Below, piece by piece: positions 27,463 through 32,000 of a stretch of 32,000 nt of DNA. The position numbers and the translations under genes are program-made. The notes under the pieces were generated by a model. It searched no databases, was not told the origin of the DNA, and saw only the letters and a program-made list of their open reading frames with translations. Source of the DNA: Cereibacter sphaeroides 2.4.1. Lineage in GTDB: Bacteria; Pseudomonadota; Alphaproteobacteria; Rhodobacterales; Rhodobacteraceae. Every line of letters begins with the position of its first letter. Within the stretch, counting starts at the first letter, position 1. The stretch spans positions 1,290,001-1,322,000 of the forward strand of contig NC_007493.2 of the NCBI RefSeq assembly GCF_000012905.2, read 5' to 3'.

Positions 27463-28032
27463 TCACTCGGCCGCCGTATATTCCGGCAGGGCCTCGAGTT
27501 CCTCGCGCGACATGGGCACATAGACCCGGACGTCGCTCTGGTCCTCGTTGGTGTAGATCTTCAGATCCTCGAAGGGCACGGCGACGTTGCGCGCGCCGAT
27601 GCCGAGGAAGCCGCCGACATCGAAGATCACCTGTTCGACCTTGCCGTCCTCGGCCAGAACGAAGTCCGAGATGTCGCTCACGGATTCATCGTTCATCGAG
27701 TAGACATCGGCGTCCTGCAGGTCTTCGGCCGTCATCGGCTCGCCGGCATAGGCCGTGTAGCCTTCCGGGATCTGCATGCCTTCAGCCATGCCGGTGTCCG
27801 TGCCGGTCATGCCCGTGCCGGTGGCGCCGTCGGTCGCGGCCGGCGCAGTGTCGCCCGCAGCCGGAGCCATCGTGTCGGTGCCGGTCGCATCCATGCCGGT
27901 GGCCGGCGGGGTGGTTTCGGTCGTCGCCGCGGGCGGAGTGGTCGCGTCAGGGGTGGTCGTCGCATCCTGAGCCAGGGCGGCGTAAGCGGTGGTGGAAGCC
28001 AGAAGTGCCGAGAGGGCAATAACTTTTTTCAT
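27463..28032 (-). CDS. Secreted PRC-barrel domain protein with a Thr/Ala/Pro-rich linker
   Basis: 189-aa ORF with the signal peptide MKKVIALSALLASTTAYA. The PRC-barrel core is DADVYSMNDESVSDISDFVLAEDGKVEQVIFDVGGFLGIGARNVAVPFEDL. Confidence 0.85.
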   Translation of the reverse strand: MKKVIALSALLASTTAYAALAQDATTTPDATTPPAATTETTPPATGMDATGTDTMAPAAGDTAPAATDGATGTGMTGTDTGMAEGMQIPEGYTAYAGEPMTAEDLQDADVYSMNDESVSDISDFVLAEDGKVEQVIFDVGGFLGIGARNVAVPFEDLKIYTNEDQSDVRVYVPMSREELEALPEYTAAE

Positions 28033-28095
28033 TGTAGCGATCCTTTCGCCTTGGGAGACTAATTGGACAGAGCCGTTTGGGCCTGCTGCATGTCC

Positions 28096-28120
28096 AACGG
28101 GTCCCGGCGAGGTTGGTTTC
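28096..28120 (-). promoter_or_regulatory. ECF-type promoter candidate, GAAAC-N16-CGTT, upstream of the PRC-barrel gene
   Basis: On the minus strand, GAAAC is at 28120-28116 (one mismatch to GGAAC) and CGTT at 28099-28096. There are 63 nt to the ATG at 28032. Confidence 0.4.
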
Positions 28121-28252
28121 CCCTCTCAAAGCGACGAATCCGGGTAAGGGAGGGTGGGGCGGAAACCCGCCGAAAGTCGCCCGTGAGATCGGCGAAAAGA
28201 CGCCGATATGCCGCCTTCGGGGCAAGGCGGCAGCCTGTATCGGGATCGCGTG

Positions 28253-28276
28253 GGAACCACCGGGCCCTTGCCCGTT
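28253..28276 (+). promoter_or_regulatory. Orphan ECF-like box, GGAAC-N15-CGTT, with no annotated gene downstream
   Basis: GGAAC is at 28253-28257 and CGTT at 28273-28276 on the plus strand, inside a non-coding region of about 400 nt. The spacer is one nt short of consensus. Confidence 0.25.
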
Positions 28277-28390
28277 GCGGAGCGCTCGGCAGCGGCGTCC
28301 CCACGGTCCTTCTCCTACCGGCTTGCCGAGGGCTCTCAATGCGTGCCGTCGTTCTGACGGGAACTTTCTGCGGCACAGACGGCGAAGGAT

Positions 28391-28422
28391 GAAAAAAGCG
28401 GCGCGCCCGGAGGCGCGCCGCT
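28391..28422 (-). terminator. Intrinsic terminator of the BON / secreted-protein transcription unit
   Basis: AGCGGCGCGCC, loop cgga, GGCGCGCCGCT form an 11-bp stem (28397-28422). On the minus strand it is followed by TTTTTTC, 25 nt after the stop at 28447. Confidence 0.8.
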
Positions 28423-28446
28423 CAAGCCCTGCGCAATGTGCGAGGA

Positions 28447-29241
28447 TCAGAAGGACTCGACCATCTGGCAGATCTGCGTCCAGGAGGTGAGCGAGACCGA
28501 CGCCTGGTCGAATTCCCGCGTGCCAGGCGTCGCATCGGTGCCGGCCTCGCTGCCTGCCGCCGTGCCCGTGTCATTGGATGCGGCGAGGCTGCCTTCGCCG
28601 GTGCTTGTGGTGGCGGTGTCGGCGGCCGGGTTGGTGCTGCCTCCGGTGCCCTGCTCGGCGGGGGTTCCGCTGGCGGCCTGGTCGGCGACCGTCACGCGTT
28701 CATCCGAGGTGCCGGGGCCCGCGGTGGTGCCGGTCTCGCTTTCGACGACATTGCCGCCCGCATCGGCATCGGTGACGGTGCTGCTGCCGGACTGGGCCGC
28801 GCGGTCGCCCGTGGGCTGGCCGACGGGGCTAGCCGCGCCGCCGCTCGGGGCCGCGCCGGCCTCTGCCTCCTGATCCGAGAGGCCGCCCTCGGCCCCTGTG
28901 GGTGTCGTGTCAGAGGTGCCGCCCTCGCCGCCGGAGGTCGCGGCGCCCGAGCCGGCGGCCGCATCCGGGGCCGAACCGGCGGTCGCGCCCTCGGTGCCGA
29001 AGGCTGCGCAATCGTCGCGCACCTGCTGCTTCTGATCTTCCGACAGCGACTCCCAGCTCGACCGCACCTCGCCGTCGGTGCGCAGGGTCATGGTCCCGCC
29101 CGGGTTGAAGAACGTGTCGACGATCGGCGCGTCCCAGTCGCGCCCCATCGTCGTGCCTTGCGCCGTCGTGGTCTGGGCCGTGGCGGCGCTGGCAAGAAGC
29201 GCAGCGGCGCCGGCGAGGGTCAGGGGTCGGAACAGGATCAT
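28447..29241 (-). CDS. Secreted low-complexity (Gly/Thr/Ala/Ser/Asp-rich) protein with conserved-looking termini, unknown function
   Basis: 264-aa ORF with the signal peptide MILFRPLTLAGAAALLASAATAQ. An ordered N-terminal segment contains DDCAAF and the C-terminal segment contains WTQICQMVESF, one Cys each. A GAGAGGA Shine-Dalgarno lies upstream. Confidence 0.75.
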   Translation of the reverse strand: MILFRPLTLAGAAALLASAATAQTTTAQGTTMGRDWDAPIVDTFFNPGGTMTLRTDGEVRSSWESLSEDQKQQVRDDCAAFGTEGATAGSAPDAAAGSGAATSGGEGGTSDTTPTGAEGGLSDQEAEAGAAPSGGAASPVGQPTGDRAAQSGSSTVTDADAGGNVVESETGTTAGPGTSDERVTVADQAASGTPAEQGTGGSTNPAADTATTSTGEGSLAASNDTGTAAGSEAGTDATPGTREFDQASVSLTSWTQICQMVESF

Positions 29242-29363
29242 GTCTCATCCTCTCTGTCTGGGGTGAGCCCGACGGGGTGTCGTCCGGGCAAAGCGGCCCT
29301 CCGGGCCATCATTCTCTGTCGGCTCCGGGCCGGGCCATGCCGCCCCGCCCGGAACCGAGCGGG

Positions 29364-30275
29364 TCAGGCCTGCGTGCCGCGCTTGCCGCTCTGGTCGCCG
29401 AGACCGGCGTCGGTGCCGCCGGAGCCCGAGAGCCCGCTGCCCGACTGACCGGACGAGCTTCCGCCGAGCGGGGCCGTTCCTGAGCCGCCCGTGCCGCTCT
29501 CGCGGACGCGCAGGTTGTTCTGCACATGGCGCACGCCCGAGACCGTATCCGCGCAATCTTCTGCACGGCGCTTGTCAAACTTCGTCGAAACGTGACCGTT
29601 GAGCGTGACTTCGCCGCCCGCCACCGAGACGTCGATGTCGGAGGCGTCGAGGCGCGGATCGTCGCTGAGCCGGTCGTTCACATCGTCGTGGATGCGCGTG
29701 TCCGACCGCTGGTAACCGCGCGGACCCTTGCCGCGGTGATCCTCCTCGCGGCGACGGCCCGCCTCGTCGTCGCCCATCCAGGACATGACCTCGTCCGCCG
29801 CACGATCCATGAAGCCGCGTTCGCCGGCGGAATCGTAGAAGCGGGGGCCGCCCCGTCCGTGGCGCTCGTCATAGCTCTGGCCGCGGCGGTCCCATTCCCG
29901 GCCGATCTGCGGGCCGTAGCCCCAGGAGCGCTCGTCCTGCGACCGGCGCTCCGATCCGTAGTCGCGATCCGAGCGGTCGCTGCCGCCGCGCCGGTCGTCG
30001 CGGTCGCGCGGATCGAACCCGGCGGCGCCGAAGCCGTAGCCGCTCGCGGCATCCATTCCGCCGCCGGAAGAGCGGTCGCGCTCTGCCCCGCGCGCCTCGT
30101 CCTGACCCCGGTCCTGATACCGGGCATCGAAGCGATCGCGATTGCGATCCTCGGGGCCGCCGCGCATGCGCGGGTCGTCTTCGCGGTTGCCCCGTGACCG
30201 GTCGCCACCATAGCGCTGCATGTCGGCATCCTCGTCCCAGTTCCGGTTCCGGGCGTCAAATCTCGATTGTGCCAT
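29364..30275 (-). CDS. BON-domain protein with an SWFGD-like motif and an Arg/Asp/Gly-rich disordered N-terminal half
   Basis: 303 aa from MAQSRFDARNRNWDED, with the Shine-Dalgarno GGAGGAGGA. The motif is MSWMGDDEAGRRREEDH. The BON domain is DDVNDRLSDDPRLDASDIDVSVAGGEVTLNGHVSTKFDKRRAEDCADTVSGVRHVQNNLRV. The upstream part of the 29364-30545 ORF was not used. Confidence 0.85.
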   Translation of the reverse strand: MAQSRFDARNRNWDEDADMQRYGGDRSRGNREDDPRMRGGPEDRNRDRFDARYQDRGQDEARGAERDRSSGGGMDAASGYGFGAAGFDPRDRDDRRGGSDRSDRDYGSERRSQDERSWGYGPQIGREWDRRGQSYDERHGRGGPRFYDSAGERGFMDRAADEVMSWMGDDEAGRRREEDHRGKGPRGYQRSDTRIHDDVNDRLSDDPRLDASDIDVSVAGGEVTLNGHVSTKFDKRRAEDCADTVSGVRHVQNNLRVRESGTGGSGTAPLGGSSSGQSGSGLSGSGGTDAGLGDQSGKRGTQA

Positions 30276-30341
30276 GTCTGATCCTCCTCCGAGTTGCGCG
30301 GGAGAGACGGCACGGTCTCCGCGTGTTGAAACGGCTCGGGA

Positions 30342-30366
30342 AACGGACGGTCGAAGCGAATGTTCC
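30342..30366 (-). promoter_or_regulatory. ECF/EcfG-type promoter, exact GGAAC-N16-CGTT, upstream of the BON gene
   Basis: On the minus strand, GGAAC is at 30366-30362 and CGTT at 30345-30342. There are 66 nt to the ATG at 30275. Confidence 0.7.
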
Positions 30367-30672
30367 CTCGCGGGCCGCGCGGCGGGGGCGGCTCCGGGCC
30401 CGGGACAGCGACTGCCGTCAACCGCAGGCACGGTCTGCAACCTCGCATGTGCGAGTATGTCGAGCAGCCACAGCGCCCCGCGTTGCAAGGAGGAACGGCC
30501 GGAGTGCCGGGACGGGGGAGGGAGCGGCGGCCTCTTCCCATGCAAGCGGCGGCTCGCATCCGGTCACTCTTCGGTGAAGGCTGAAGGGAACCATCGGCGG
30601 AGGCTCTGCATTGACGGCCAGAGAGCAGGAGCCGGCATCGGCTCTTTCCGAAAAAGTCGCAGAGGACTTCCC

Positions 30673-30846
30673 ATGACCTCGTCAGTATCCCGGCCGCCGC
30701 CGGGCCAGATGCCCGAGCCTCCCCCGGGCCCGGGTCCGGATGTAACGCCCGGCCCGCTGCCCGTCCCGGGCGAAAGCCCCGACCTGCCGCCGACCGAGCC
30801 GGATCTTCCGGGCGGTCCCGGCGTCCCGCCGACCCTTCCCGTTTAA
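30673..30846 (+). CDS. 57-aa proline-rich small protein (candidate)
   Basis: The ATG at 30673 is preceded by AGAGGA with a 6-nt spacer. The product is MTSSVSRPPPGQMPEPPPGPGPDVTPGPLPVPGESPDLPPTEPDLPGGPGVPPTLPV with a TAA stop. It is the tail of the 30220-30846 ORF. GC3 is high, but that is weak evidence in this genome. Confidence 0.45.
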   Translation: MTSSVSRPPPGQMPEPPPGPGPDVTPGPLPVPGESPDLPPTEPDLPGGPGVPPTLPV

Positions 30847-30880
30847 TCGATCCTCTCGTCAACCTACCAAGGAGCTACCA

Positions 30881-30955
30881 GTGAACAGCATCATTTATAT
30901 CGTGGGCCTCGTGGTCATCGTCATTGCGATCCTCTCTTTCCTCGGCCTGCGCTGA
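30881..30955 (+). CDS. 24-aa hydrophobic single-TM micro-protein (candidate, below the ORF-track cutoff)
   Basis: The GTG at 30881 is preceded by a perfect AAGGAG (30869-30874) with a 6-nt spacer. The product is VNSIIYIVGLVVIVIAILSFLGLR with a TGA stop. It begins 35 nt after the Pro-rich ORF. Confidence 0.55.
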   Translation: MNSIIYIVGLVVIVIAILSFLGLR

Positions 30956-31280
30956 GGCAGGGGAACCGCCCTATCCGTGCCAGTGACCGGCGCCAAACTG
31001 CCGGAGACGAGTGTTCTATTGTCAGTGTTTGAGTAGCGAGTGACCGGGCCCTGCGACCATCGCGGGGCCTTCGGCGTTGAAGCCGACGGCCGCTCGGGAG
31101 GCTTGTTGCGAGACCTCCGGCACCGAGGCCACGGCCTAGTCAGGGAGGCTCGCTGCGAGGCTCCGAAAAGGATTTCGTCTGCTTGGCATGCGGATGGAAC
31201 CTTGGCCTTGTCCCTCACCTGAAAAAATCCACCGGCGTGGCGCGTGCCTGATGCGGTAGGCGCGACGCGGGCGGAAGACG

Positions 31281-31661
31281 TCAGCCTTGCAGCAGCTTGT
31301 CGAGCAGCGTTGCAAGAAGCACCGCCGTGACGGGCTTCTGGAGGACGTCGATCTGCTGGAACTGCTCCGGGATGGCATCCGCACTTTCGCCGGTCACGAA
31401 GGCGAAGGGGATCCCGCGCGTCCCGAGCGTGCGGGCGAGCGCGAAACAGGTGCCATCGTCGAGCCGCAGATCCAGAAGGGCCGCATCCACGGTCTGATGG
31501 GCGATCAGGCGCAGCGCCTCGGCTTCGGTCCGCGCCGGGCCGACCGTTTCGAACCCCGATGCCGTCAGCTCGTCCACCATCGTCATGGCGAGGATCAGAT
31601 CGTTCTCGGCCACGAGGATGCGGGGCAGTCCGGTTTTCGCGCCCGAGGCGGTCTGGGTCAT
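31281..31661 (-). CDS. Single-domain response regulator (CheY-like receiver only)
   Basis: 126 aa from MTQTASGAKTGLPRILVAENDL, with a GGAGA Shine-Dalgarno 8 nt upstream of the ATG at 31661. The phospho-acceptor context is AALLDLRL. The conserved FVTG (Thr) and QKP (Lys) are present. There is no output domain. The ORF-track start at 31688 is a GTG. Confidence 0.85.
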   Translation of the reverse strand: MTQTASGAKTGLPRILVAENDLILAMTMVDELTASGFETVGPARTEAEALRLIAHQTVDAALLDLRLDDGTCFALARTLGTRGIPFAFVTGESADAIPEQFQQIDVLQKPVTAVLLATLLDKLLQG

Positions 31662-31884
31662 GGCGAAAATCTCCGTCGCTTTGCCCACAAGGGTCCGTAA
31701 GGCGACATGGTTCCCGTCTCGGCCCCGCTTTCGGCGCTTTTGCGCGGCCGGGATTCAGCAGGAGTCTCCCTTCTCCGGAGCCTGATGCGCGGGCGCGCCG
31801 AGGCTGCCTCGGTCGCGCGGACTGCCGTCGTTCGTACTCCTCGCAAATCGCATCCCTGCCTGCGGGACTGAAGCGCGCCCGCGG

Positions 31885-31910
31885 GGGAACGGTTCGGGTC
31901 CGCGGTACGT
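31885..31910 (+). promoter_or_regulatory. ECF/EcfG-type promoter, exact GGAAC-N17-CGTT, facing the right edge
   Basis: GGAAC is at 31885-31889 and CGTT at 31907-31910. There are 61 nt to the ATG at 31972. It is divergent from the response-regulator gene. Confidence 0.65.
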
Positions 31911-31971
31911 TTGCCCGAGAGGCGGCGGCGGAGTTTCCGGTCAGACGCTCACGCTTGATGCATGGAATGAC

Positions 31972-32000
31972 ATGGCGGAATTGCTTCAGGACTTTCTCAG
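31972..32000 (+). CDS. 5' end of an unidentified CDS leaving the window (MAELLQDFL...)
   Basis: The ATG at 31972 is open to the window end. Only 9 codons are visible and the Shine-Dalgarno is weak. It is called mainly because an exact ECF promoter lies upstream. Confidence 0.3.

Noticed and set aside
28339-28392. A 17-aa sORF (MRAVVLTGTFCGTDGEG) with GAGGG 6 nt upstream
   Set aside because: It is too short and has no conservation evidence. It lies inside strong hairpins and may be fortuitous. It is mentioned under the spacer finding but not called as a feature.
29350-29375. A plus-strand GGAAC at 29350-29354 near the BON gene stop
   Set aside because: No CGTT or GTT lies at the right spacing, and it points into the 3' end of a minus-strand gene. 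It is a chance occurrence of the pentamer.
31690-31714. GGAAC (31714-31710, minus), N17, CCTT upstream of the response-regulator gene, and GGAAC (30587-30591, plus), N17, CATT upstream of the Pro-rich ORF
   Set aside because: The -35 element matches, but the -10 lacks the conserved CGTT/GTT core. GGAAC alone is expected many times per window by chance. These are kept only as weak candidates.

Overview
This is a very GC-rich alphaproteobacterial chromosomal segment. The proteins look Rhodobacteraceae-like, which is an inference from their sequences only. I recognised no rRNA, tRNA, CRISPR array, IS element or prophage. About 33 genes are supported.

Layout:
(1) 1-2.0 kb: an RlmI-like rRNA methyltransferase, translationally coupled to an orphan PIN-domain gene.
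(2) 2.0-6.9 kb, minus strand: a tightly packed six-gene operon. Its order is MoxR AAA+ ATPase, GNAT, DUF2927-like lipoprotein, 54-aa membrane peptide, CoxE-type VWA protein, M48 metalloprotease.
(3) 7-12.8 kb: housekeeping genes (Cys-poor dksA, FAD monooxygenase, PaaI thioesterase, xthA, erpA, dgt-like, yihY/brkB).
(4) 12.8-23.6 kb, minus strand: a rhizobial-type glycerol operon. It runs glpD, two ABC ATPases, two permeases, DUF2160, a 574-aa binding protein, glpK, and a translationally coupled Fe-alcohol dehydrogenase. An AT-rich operator patch lies upstream of glpD, and no regulator gene is in view.
(5) 24-32 kb: an island of mostly uncharacterised stress-type genes. It holds small membrane proteins, PQQ glucose dehydrogenase, a secreted PRC-barrel protein, a secreted low-complexity protein, an RD-rich BON/SWFGD protein, a Pro-rich 57-aa ORF, a 24-aa hydrophobic micro-ORF and a single-domain response regulator.

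The main hunt result is in part 5. Three exact and three near-exact ECF/EcfG-type promoter boxes (GGAAC-N16/17-CGTT) sit correctly placed in front of these genes. That suggests a compact general-stress-response regulon island, and its regulatory core may begin at the right edge of the window.

Other items worth a second look:
- the MoxR-VWA operon with embedded enzymes and proteases
- the complementary degenerate motifs in the two glycerol ABC ATPases
- a duplicated structured element in the 388-nt spacer before glpK
- several unexplained non-coding stretches

All calls come from reading the sequence and ORF translations. No database search was run.
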